Below, one piece after another: positions 37,043-48,863 of a DNA stretch of 64,000 bases; position 1 is the stretch's first letter, and the number at the start of each line of letters is the position of its first letter. Below the pieces are notes generated by a model. That model searched no databases and was not told where the DNA came from. It saw nothing but the letters and a program-made list of their open reading frames with translations. Source of the stretch: the human T2T-CHM13v2.0 reference genome, Homo sapiens; assembly GCF_009914755.1 (NCBI RefSeq), contig NC_060930.1. One strand, 5' to 3'. The position numbers and the translations under genes were made by a program.

Positions 37043-39390
37043 TGTATTAGTCCGTTCTCATGCTGCTAATAAAGACATACCCGAGACTGGGTGATTTATA
37101 AAGAAAAAGAGGTTTAATGGACTTTCAGTTCCACATGGCTGGGGAAGCCTCACAATCATGGCAGAAGGCGGAGAAGGAGCAAAGGCACATCTTACATGGA
37201 GGCAGGCAACAGAATGCATGGAGGGTAACTGCCCTTTATGAAACCATCTCATGAGACTTATTCACTATCAAAAGAACGGCATGGGGAAGACCTGTCCCCA
37301 TGATTCAATTACCTCCCACCAGGTCCCTCCCATGACACGTGGGGATTATGGGAGCTACAATTCAAGATGAGATTTGGGTGGGGACACAGCCAAACCATAT
37401 CATTCTGTCCCTGGCCCCTCCCACATATCATGTCCTCACATTTCAAAACCAATCATGCCTTCCCAACAGTACCCCAAAGTCTTAACTCATTCCAGCATTA
37501 ACTCAAAAGCCCACATTCCAAAGTCTCATCTGAGACAAGGCAAATCCCTTCCACCTATGAGCTTGTAAAATCAAAAGCAAGCTAGTTACTTCCTAGATAC
37601 AACGGGAGTACAGGCATTGGGTAAACACAGCCATTCCAAATGGGAGAAATTGGCCAAAACAAAGGGGCTACAGGCCCCATGCAAGTCCAAAATCCAGCAG
37701 GGCAGTCAAATCTTAAAGCTACAAAATGATCTTCTTTGACTCCACGTCTCACATCCAGGTCATGCTGATGCAAGAGGTGGGTTCCCACAGTCTTGAGCAG
37801 CTACGTCACTGTGGCTTTTCAGGGTATAGACGCCCCCACCCCGCCCCTGGCCTCCTGGTTGCTTTCATGAGCTGGCGTTGACTGCCTGTGGCTTTTCCAG
37901 GCACATGGTACAAGCTGTTGGTGAATCTACCATTCTCACAGCCCCCTTCTAACAGCTCCTCTTCTCATGGCTCCATTAGGCAGTGCCCCAGTGGGCCCTC
38001 TTCTCATAGCTCCATTAGGTAGTGCCCCAGTGGGAACTGTGTATGTGGGATCCAACCCCACATTTCCATTCAACACTGCCCTAGCAGAGGCTCTCCATGA
38101 GGGCCCTGCCACCACAGTAAACTTCTGCCTGGACATCCAGGCATTTCCATACATCCTCTGAAATCTAGGAGGTGGTTCCCAAATCTTGATTCTTGATTTC
38201 TGTGCACCTGCAGGCTCAACACCACATGGAAGCTGCCAAGGCTTGGGGTTTGCACCCTCTGAAGGCATAGCCCAAGCTGCAACTTGGCCCCCTTTAGCCA
38301 CGGTTGGAGCTAAAGCAGCTGGGATGCAGGGCACCAAGTCCCTAGGCTGGACACAGCAGGGGGTGCCTGGACCTTGCCCAGGGAGCTATTTTTCCCTTCT
38401 AGGCCTCTGGGCCTATGATGGGAGGGGCTGCCATGAAGGTCTCTGACATGCCCTGGAGACATTTTCCCCATTGTCTTGATGATCAGCATTTGGCTTCTCC
38501 TTACCTATGTGCATTTCAGCAGCAGGCCTGAACTTCTCCCCGCAAAAATGGGTTTTTCTTTTCTATTGCATCGTCAGGCTACAAATCTTTCAATTTTTTT
38601 TTTTTGTATATGTGCCACTGAAGTGAGCACAAATCTTCCAAACTTTTATGTTCTGCTTCTTCTTGAATGCTTTACCATCTAGAAATTTCTTTTGCCAGAT
38701 ATCGTAAATCATCTCTCTCAAGTCCAAAGTTCCACAGATCTTTAGGGCAGGGGCAAAATGCCACCAGTCTCTTTGCTAAAGCATAGCTAGAATCACCTTT
38801 GCTCTGGTTCCCAGTAAGTTCCTCATCTCTATCTGAGACCTCCTCAGCCTGGACTTTTTGGTGAAAACCATTCAACAAGTCTCTAGAAAGCTCCAAACTT
38901 TCCCACATCTTCCTGTCTTCTTCTGAGCCCTCCAGACTGTTCCAACCTCTGCCTGTTACCCAGTTCCAAAGTCACTTCCACATTTTCAGGTATCTTAATA
39001 GCAGTAACCCACTCTACTGGTACCAATTTACTGTATTAGTCCATTCTCACGGTGCTAATAAAGACATACCCAAGACTGGGTAATTTGTAAAGAAAAAGAG
39101 GTTTAATGGACTCACAGTTCCATGTGGCTGAGAAGGCCTATCATGGCAGGAGGTGAAGGAGGGGCCAAGGCACATCTTACATAACAGCAGAGAAGAGAGC
39201 ATATGCAGGGGAACTGCCCTTTATTTAACCGTGAGGTCTCATGAGACTTTCACTATCACAAGAACAGCATGGGAAAAACCCACCCCCATGATTCAATTAC
39301 CTCCCACCGGATCCCTCCCAAGACACATGGGGATTATGGGAGCTACAATTCAAGATGAGATTTGGGTGGGGATACAGCCAAACGATATCA
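37043..39390 (-). mobile_element. Full THE1 (THE1C-like) MaLR provirus: LTR 37043-37402, internal 37403-39031, LTR 39032-39390
   Basis: Two tgtattagtcc.ttctca...aaac.atatca LTRs; degraded THE1-int ORF pieces (e.g. 37936..38337, 38672..38908); 5-bp TSD GGCTA/GGCTG. Confidence 0.93.
38594..38630 (-). pseudogene. 3'-truncated U6 snRNA retrocopy (U6 nt 1-25) plus A12
   Basis: Minus strand GTGCTCACTTCAGTGGCACATATAC vs U6 GTGCTCGCTTCGGCAGCACATATAC (21/25); TSD aaatctt(t/c)caa at 38583-38593 and 38631-38641. Confidence 0.85.
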
Positions 39391-39725
39391 GGCTGCTATA
39401 GCAAAATACAATAGAATGGGTAGCTTATAAATAACAGAAATTTTATTTCTCACAGTTGTGGAGGCTGGGGAATCCAAAAGCAAGGCACTAGCAGGTGTCT
39501 GGTGAGGGCCTGCCTCCTGATTCATAGACGGCACCAACTGACTGTGTCATCAGAAGATGGAAGAGGCCAGGTGACTTTGGGGCCTCATTTATAGGAAGCA
39601 CTAACCCCACTCAGCACCCTCATGATTCAATCACCTCCCAAAGGCCCAAACTCCAACATCATCACATTCATGATCAGGTTTCAACATACAGAGTTTGGGG
39701 GAAAATAAACATTCAGGCTATATAA
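39391..39725 (-). mobile_element. MLT1A-type MaLR LTR, split by the THE1 insertion (terminal stub at ~37026-37042)
   Basis: tgtctttgtttgggct|ggctgctatagcaaaatac...tttctcacagttgtggaggctggg..tgtctggtgagggcc is continuous once THE1 is removed. Confidence 0.8.
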
Positions 39726-39897
39726 GTAGCTGCCTTCAGCAGTCTGACACAAGAGTAGGCTGGGTTTCTTAGAGGAAAGTTTAGGCTGCTAATAGGTGTC
39801 CTTCAGAAGAAGTTGCTACCTCTGTGAGTATGTAGTCCTATGGATGTTTGGTTTGGCAAGAAGCCATAACTGCTTGCCAAGATTAGGTAAATGTTCC

Positions 39898-40351
39898 TGT
39901 ATTCGTTTCCTGGGGCCACCACAATAAAGTACCACAAACTGGTTGGCTTAAATGACAGAAATGTATAATCTAACAGTTCTGGAGGCTAGAAGTCTGTGGT
40001 CAAGCTGGCAGTGTTGGTTTCTTCTGAGGGCAGTGACAGAGAAACTCTTCCATGCCTCTTTCCTAGCACCAGGTAGCCTCTAGCCTAAGGCATCCTTGGC
40101 TTATATATGGTATTCTCTCCATGTCTTTACATCCTCTTTTTTTACATGATTATATTTGTGTCCAAATCTCCCTTTTATAAGGCCATCAATAATACAGGAT
40201 TAGTGCCCGCTCTATAATGACTTCATCTTAATTGTCTGCAAAAACCTCTTTCCAGATAAGGTCACATTCTTAGTTACTGGGGGGTTAGGATGGAAGTCCC
40301 CCCGACAGGACTTCAAGATCTCTTTGGAGGACACAATTCAACTGATTACCA
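39898..40351 (-). mobile_element. MLT1 (C-like) MaLR LTR
   Basis: tgtattcgtttcctggggcc..aagtaccacaaactggttggcttaaa..cagttctggaggctagaagtc..acacaattcaac. Confidence 0.75.
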
Positions 40352-41132
40352 GTCCTCAGTACAACTCCATAATCAGCTGCAGCAGCCCTGGGGCAACCTG
40401 CAGCTCTGTGTCCTATATACTTTGTAAATGAGAGGTTATAATTCATGGTGTTGTTTTTTTTTTGTTTTTTGCTGATAAAATAGAAGACATTTTAAGCTCC
40501 TTTAGCTCCTATACAGCAAAAGGAACCAGTTTTGTTATCCAATGCAATCAAAGAAGGAGCTTTGGAGTTTTATAATAAATTGGGAGGATCTCAAATTTCT
40601 AGTGAGTAGTGCCTCTGAGGCCTCTAAGAACCTAAATTAAATACATCATGAAAGACATTGTTAACAAATAAGCTAGCTAGAATCTAAAAATAATTAACTC
40701 TAATCCATGACAAGGATGGCTGGCATATTAGTTACAACAGTGAAAATTATACTAGGCTCATTATTCATTAGGATACTTGGTTGGAAAAAAATATATTCTG
40801 TAAACAGAGACATTATCAGAAGGGTATTAGCTTGCTCCCCAAATCAAGCAACTTGGAAAGCTATCCCAGAAAATGGACAGCAAGGTAAGTGAGGCATGGC
40901 TAAAATCCCACCACAAGAACAGTCTTAGTACACAGCCCTGTTGCTGCAGGTCCCAGACTAAGGCTGGAGAGCTGCTGGGTTCACAGCTAAAACCCAGGAC
41001 ATTAGACTATTCTTGTGCCTTGGTTTGTTGCCTACATAGAGATGGGAACATCTAAATTGCTGAGCCTGGTTCAAGTCCAAATTTATAAAGATAGAAGGCT
41101 GACTGAGGAATGAACTCCAGCCTTTTGGTTTC

Positions 41133-41512
41133 TGATACAGTTTGGATATGTGTCCCCACCCAAATCTCATGTTGAATTATAATCCTGAGCATTGGAGGTG
41201 GGGCCTAGTAGGAGGTCACTAGATTATGGAGGTAGATTTCTCATAAATGGTTTAGTACCATCCCCTTGGTACTGTTCTAGTGACAGTAAGTTCTCATAAA
41301 AACTGGTCTTTTCAAAGTGTGTGGCAACTCCCTGCTCTCTCTCTCTTGCTCCTGCTCTGGCCATGTGATGTGTCTGCTCCCCCTTTGCCTTCAGTCATGA
41401 TTATAAGTTTCTTGAGACCTCCCCAGAAGCAAAGCAGATGCCATCACCATACTTCCTGAACCGTCTGCATAATCATGAGCCAACTAAACCCCTTTTCTTT
41501 ATAAATTACCCA
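41133..41512 (+). mobile_element. MST-type MaLR LTR (3' end clipped)
   Basis: tgatacagtttggatatgtgtccccacccaaatctcatgttgaatt...cttttctttataaattaccca. Confidence 0.82.
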
Positions 41513-42180
41513 AAAACGGCCCCTATGAAAATGAATATGAATTCATGTACAAAAACATGTAAAAAAATAACGTTAAAAACAAAAAAAAGTACCTTCTAAG
41601 TCTTTCTTAAAAACTACACTTTAACCTTCCCCCTCCAATAATGTATATTCACTTGTGAGATATCCAGACTTCCATGAAAGTCAAAAATGCCAGAGAAGTA
41701 AACAAAATAACCTTTTTTTCGGTAAGACAAATCATTAAATAATCTGTAAGCATGTGAGTAATGAAATCAGCCCCTAAAATATTTCAAAGTATTATTTTAT
41801 AGCAATAAATAAATATGACTAATCAAATTTTTAACTGAGCTTGATGTTCTTAATTGGATGTTGATTCTTTGTTCAGCTCTAAACTCCACAGATGAAGTAA
41901 GGAAGGCTATACATTTGAAGGATAAACATATGTTTTATTTTACTGGTAAAATCACAATGCACAGACTTTATATTATTAGCATTAATACAAACAGTGCTCC
42001 TGAAAATTTCAATAACTCATCACATTGTGAAACTGTGATTATGTGATCACAAATTTTGTGTCACACTAAGAAATACAAATAGCATCATTCCTGCTCATTT
42101 ACAACATAGATGTACCATTAATCTGCTTAAGTCTTCTTCATCTAGCCTTGCCTTATTCCTCAATGAAAATCTATCTCTGA

Positions 42181-42481
<301 letters not shown>

Positions 42482-42855
42482 CTATCTCTAGGTAAAACTA
42501 TCTCTTTGTGAAAGAGATCCCATCTACTACTGGAGAATAGAAGTGATAAGGAACAAACTAGTAATGTAACTTCAGTAACTGCTGTTCTCTAGAACTACAG
42601 CACTGATAACGCAGGCTGCTGGTCCCTTGATTATCTGATCACTGCTTAAAATTCTACCCATCCCCATCCTATTCAGGAAAGCCCACAACATGCAAATGAG
42701 TGAGAGTAGCATTAACTTTTTGACGCTTTTGTAATAATACCTAGCCTGAAACACAAACACATTGTACAGCTGTACAAAAGTATTTTCTTTTACTATATTT
42801 TATACTATAAGCTTTTTTTCTAATTTTAAATTTATTTTTCTTTAATTAATTTCTT

Positions 42856-43240
<385 letters not shown>

Positions 43241-43724
43241 AAACAAAAAACTAAGACACATACACACTAGCGTAAGCCTACAAAGGGACAGGATCATCAA
43301 TATCACTGTCTTCCACCTCCACATCTTATGCCACTGAAGGTATTCAGGGGCAGTAACGTGCATGGGGCTGTCCTCTCTTAAGATAACAATGCTTTCTTCT
43401 GGAATTCCTCCTGAAAAACCTATCTCGAGCTGTTTTATAGTCAACTCTTTTTTTATAAGTAGAAGGAGTACACTCTAAAGTAATGCTAAAAAGTACAGTA
43501 AATATATAAGCCAGTAACACAGTGGTTTATTATGAATTTTATGTGACTGGAAATATGGTAGGTTTAGTTTGCACTAGCATCACCACAAATGTTGTGCTAT
43601 GACATTTAGTTGGCTACATCACCAAGCAACAGGAATTTTCCAGCTCCATTACAATCTTATGGGGCCACTGTCATATATGCAATCCATCATTGACTAAAAC
43701 ATCATTATGAAGCGCATGACTATA

Positions 43725-43965
43725 CTGTTTTTTCCTATACATACCTATAAAATTTCATGTAAAATTAGGCACAGTAAGAGATTAACAAAATAGAACGATT
43801 ACAATGACATACTGTAACAAAAGTTATGTGAGTGGGGTCTTTCAAAATATTTATACTGTACTCACCTATTTTCAGACCTTGGTTGACCTTGGGTAACTGA
43901 AACCTTGGAAAGCAAAACTGCAGGGGAAGGGAGAGCATCAGGAAAAATAAAGGAGTACTATTGTA
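43725..43965 (+). mobile_element. Tigger2-derived (Tigger2a/MER28-like) terminal fragment
   Basis: aattaggcacagtaagagattaaca; ggttgacc..gggtaactgaaacc..ggaaagc.aaac end motif. Confidence 0.72.
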
Positions 43966-44207
43966 CAGTGGACTAAGAAGACATACTCATTTGTTTCTTC
44001 ATTCAGTCAGTCATTTTTTACTCTCATGTTGATTGTATCTGAAATTATAACTGGTACCTATGTCATTATACAGTCTGCTAAGAACAACAGTGGGCAAATT
44101 AGACTTCTGTTTATACTTCTATTGTAAAAATATAACATTTTTTAGGAAGTCAATAAATGGTAATTTAAATGCTTTCAATCACTTCACAGAATCTTCTAAT
44201 ATGCAAC

Positions 44208-44513
44208 TATTATCCTCAGCAAACTAACGCAGGAAGAAAAAACCAAATACTGCATGTTCTCACAAGTGGGAGCTGAACAAGGAAAACACATGGACACATG
44301 GCAGGGAAAACATACACCGGGGCCTGTGGTTGGGGGCCAGGAGGTGGCAGGGAAAGGGAGAGCATCAGGAAGAATAGCTAATGGATGCTGGGCTTAATAC
44401 CTAGGTGATGGGTTGATCTGTGCCGCAAACCACCATGGCACACGTTTACCTATGTAACAAACCCAAACATCCTGCACATGTACCGCAGAACTTAAAAGTT
44501 GAAGAAAAAAAAA
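44208..44513 (+). mobile_element. 5'-truncated L1PA (older L1PA-like) 3' end with A tail
   Basis: cctcagcaaactaacgcagga..atgttctcac.agtgggagctgaac..aatacctaggtgatggg..tttacctatgtaacaaacc..cctgcacatgtacc. Confidence 0.9.
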
Positions 44514-45068
44514 TTTAATAGTTTTAACACAATCTTACAATGTTCTTTATAAATTTCAAAGTGTTTTCTCATATATTTAACTGCATTGTATCTCCCCTAA
44601 CCAGAAAAACTGACAGCTCTGTTTATGTAAACACATTTAAAAATGTGTTCTTCATGAAGCTCATACACTAGAGGACACACACAAAAATGAATAGAAAGGA
44701 ATGTGCAAAGTAAATTTTTGAAATAAATCAGGAAGCATACTTTTTAAAGGGATCCAGAGAGTGACTACATCTGAAAACAAGTTCCTTTCATGGTGCAACA
44801 TTGACAAGAACATGCAGACTAGAGATATTAAGTTCAAATTCTAATTTTACCACTCTTTCAAGCCCCCATGTCCTCACCTATAAAATAGAAGAAACACTAC
44901 CTCAGAGTTGCTGTGATGATATATATAAAATGCCTGGCAAATTAAATAGGGATTGTATTTTAATTCCTTTCCCCTTTCACAATGTGATTTATTAATTTTA
45001 TATGTACAGACTCATTTGTTTCTTCAGTCTTTTATACATAACATCTTCTTTAAATAGAGCTCACCTAC

Positions 45069-45465
45069 TGTTATGGATTGAACTATATCCTCCTAAAATT
45101 CATATGCTGAAACCATAAATCCCAATATGACTATATTTGAAGATAGAGCCTTTAGGAGGTAATTTAGGTTAAATGAAGTCTGAAGAGTCAGACCGTAATT
45201 CAACAGGATTGGTGGCCTTTTAAGAAGAGGAAGAAAGAATGAGATTTATTTTTACCTCTCCACATGTGCACAAGAGGTCATGTGAGCACATATCGAGAAG
45301 CCAGCCACCTACAAGCCAAGAGAATAGGCCTCAGTATGGAACCTAATTTGCTGGCACCTTGATCTTAGACTTCCCAGCCTCCGTAACTGTGAGAAGCACA
45401 TTTCTGTGGTGTAAGCCACCCATTGCGTAGTGTTTTGTTATGGCAACTCGAGTAGACATGATACA
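45069..45465 (+). mobile_element. MLT1A/B-type MaLR LTR
   Basis: TGTTATGG...ATACA termini; TSD cctac/cccac; gcaccttgatcttagacttcccagcctcc motif. Confidence 0.82.
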
Positions 45466-46304
45466 CCCACAAATTTTTTCTTATCTTAATAAAGAGAATA
45501 TCACAATTTAAAGGAGAATAGGTAAGGATGACATAAAAAAGTCTGTAAAGTATTTTATTTTTCCAGTTTACCTATAACATTTTAAATAATAACATTCAAA
45601 ATGCTATGGATTTAAATGTGAATCGTTTGATCAATTTCCCACCTGCCCCTGAGAAATCAGTAACTGTTTATTAGGGCTTGGTATTAAACCATTGATTCAT
45701 GGAAACTCACATATCCTAGAACTTTCAAGTATTTAAAAATATAATAGAACTGCTAAGAAAATCTTTCAAAAAAATTTGTAACACCTAACAATCATTTTTT
45801 GAAATCTTCAGAAAAATTAATGAATGGTATAATTAAATTTGTTAGTTTTCTAAATTATATTCAGTGTTCTCACATTACCCAGCTTAGTGTCTAATACATG
45901 GATGATGCTCAATAAATACTCTGAATAAACACTAGAGCCAATAACCTAATGCAAAATGCTCAATCTTGACAAACTTGTTTCAAGGATAACTGCACGACAT
46001 GGTAAGGAATTGCAAAAATTTTGAAACACTGATTCTTTAAAAATAATCTTTTAAGTTAACTTTCAAGAAGTATAAGTAATTCTACATTTTTCTTTTGAAG
46101 AGATAACAGACAACAAAAACCAAAAATCTACTTGCCTAAATTGTTTGTATGAGCTTTGGGAATATATTGATAGTTACAGACAATTCAGTGAAACTTAGAG
46201 GCAACCACACAATCACGAGTATCTGTAAGTATTCAGTTTTCAAACTGAACAGGGCTACAACCCGTCAGACACCCAGAAAGAATAAGGACAAATCCCTTGT
46301 TTAT

Positions 46305-46770
46305 TATTAAAAACTCATATAGGATGCTTTATTTATAGATACACAGTTAACTATGTACAAAATAAAAAAAAGGAAAACCAATCTACTAAAATATATTAAC
46401 TCTAAGAAAATCAGATCTTATTCCTGTTTCTCCATACTAGGCATAATTATTTTCAAAGCTATACAATACGAAGTTTATCAGTCTTATCTGTTTGCCATAA
46501 CATCATTATGAATTTTCTCTTTTAAAAATGGCAATAACAAGTGACTTATGTTCTAATAAAATTTGGATCACAGCTAGCAAATGAAAGACTATGAGACTCA
46601 ATCACTTTTAATCATTAAGTTTGTGTTAGTCTTTATTAAAAACAAAAAATAACTAAAATTTCAGACAGCGATGTACATAATATATATAAGAATATACCCA
46701 AAAAAGTAAATTTCTACCACCCTCGCACAGCAGAAATTTCAATGGGTTATTCTATACCAAATCCAAGTGT
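46305..46770 (-). other. SNX14: SNX14 3' UTR
   Basis: AT-rich; minus-strand AATAAA at 46632-46637, 46328-46333 and 46300-46305; end is estimated. Confidence 0.8.
46328..46333 (-). terminator. SNX14: SNX14 polyadenylation signal
   Basis: Plus-strand tttatt = AATAAA on minus; upstream TGTA element at 46356-46359. Confidence 0.75.
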
Positions 46771-46809
46771 TTACATCCAAGATGTCACAGAGGTAACTTC
46801 CTTTTGTAC
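46771..46809 (-). CDS. SNX14: SNX14 last exon coding part; VQKEVTSVTSWM*
   Basis: ttttactttag|GTA; TAA stop at 46773-46771. Confidence 0.95.
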   Translation of the reverse strand, partial: VQKEVTSVTSWM

Positions 46810-47121
46810 CTAAAGTAAAAATAAATCCATTTAATAGAAGACAAGACACAGGTTCATTTGTAAATTGCCTAACAGCTCTAGTGTATTAAAATTCTAACCT
46901 AAGACATATATATTGTAAACCAAAATAAATTGGCTGGCATATGGAGTGAGAAATATCTATGTTCTAGATATGAGAAAAAAGGCAACGTTTAATGACAGCT
47001 CTGTTATGAAGTCTCAAACAGAGCTAAAGGTTTCCTGTTGTTGATTCCCATGAAAATTAAAGATACAAAGTCTGTAACTGCCACTCTGTTTTAATATGCA
47101 CTTAATATCACAATAACTTGA

Positions 47122-47419
<298 letters not shown>

Positions 47420-48036
47420 AACTTGAAAGTTTATAATAAGTAAATAGCCCAAATCTGGTTTCCTCTACTCTACAAAAGTCACACTTCATTTCAATACCAC
47501 AGCACTGAACAACAGTTGTTTCATCCAACCAAAAGGATTAGTCAAAAAATAAGACAGAAAATAATGACTTAAACCTTTGCTCAAAACTCAAAATCCTCAA
47601 GATTCAACATAGTAATAATATGACCATGCTCTAATTTTAGTTCATTTTGTGCTTGGGTTTACATAAAACTTGCTTCAAAAATACTCTAGTTTCTGACTTA
47701 CACAGCATACAATGGTGCAGACGATAACACTGAGCTTGGCCTATTCTAGTGCTAGGACTTACACTCACTTCTTCCCCTGGAAAGACTATATAGGGTCCCT
47801 ATCTGCTTGTAATTAAAAAGGGATGAAGTCAAAGCAGAAGCTATTCAATAGCTGTCCCCCAGAATTGTTTGGGCATGTTTAATAAAGAAAATACAAAAGG
47901 CAATTTGCTGAGGTTAATTTTTTAAAGAACCACAGAGAACAGAGACAAGGGTTTTCTTACATTTATGTCCCTAATTAAAATAAATGTCAGCATACCATTA
48001 AGAAAATCATGAATAAAATTACTGCTTTTCAGTTAC

Positions 48037-48093
48037 CTTATTGAGCTCTGGAAACAGTTCCTGTATCACAATGTCCAATAAAACATAAGTCAG
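48037..48093 (-). CDS. SNX14: SNX14 penultimate exon, 57 nt; LTYVLLDIVIQELFPELNK
   Basis: ctttag|CTG ... AAG|gtaact; LFPEL motif typical of SNX13/14/19/25 C-termini. Confidence 0.96.
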
Positions 48094-48771
48094 CTAAAGC
48101 ACCAAAAAATAATAATAATAAATGTTAAGGCACTAAACACAAAAACCATAAAAATGATACACACAAAATTAAAGATTGTGGTTACCTCTAAGTGGGAAGG
48201 CAGGGAATGGGACTGATAATATAAAACAAGCACAAAAGTAGCCTCAGTAGTATCAATAATGTTCTATTCTCAAAATAGGTAATAAGTACACATGTGTTTG
48301 CATGAGGACACTTTCATTATGCCTCATTAATTCATTTTTATGTTAAATATTTGAATTTTTAGAAAAACAAGAACACAAAATCACAACTGTATTGAGATCT
48401 CAACAGAATATATAAAGCTTATACATAGTTTACATAAACCATAAACATAAAAATGTTAACTGGTTATTCTATGTGACTTGAATAATGGAATTATCCATTT
48501 TTAATTTTTTACTGTATTTCATGAATTTTCTATGCCAAATTTTCTACAATTACTATATATTAATTTTAAATCAAAATAATTCATCTTATTTAGAAAAAAC
48601 TGAAACAAAAAGAGTAACTCAAATAAAACTTTTTTTCTATCTGAATGTTTAAAATTATATTGCCTTGGTTTAGTATAGTGTCATTTATACAACTAATGAG
48701 TTACCAGACACCTTACTACGTCGTTCACCAAACCTAGCCAGCATGAGTTTACGAGCTTTAATGAGCTTTAC

Positions 48772-48863
48772 CTGCTTGTTGAGTACTGGTTGCTGTAAGC
48801 CATCAAACAGAAGTCTGATGCTTTCATACTTGGTTTCTTCACCAATACACTTGACTAACAGAT
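48772..48863 (-). CDS. SNX14: SNX14 exon, 92 nt; (D)[30 protein letters not shown]
   Basis: tgtttag|AT ... CAG|gtaaag; within ORF 48685..48945; LQxPxLNKQL nexin-C motif continues into the next exon. Confidence 0.96.

Noticed and set aside
37374-38908. THE1-internal ORFs as a functional retroviral gene
   Set aside because: Broken across several frames by stops, a tandem duplication and the U6 insertion; a decayed MaLR ORF.
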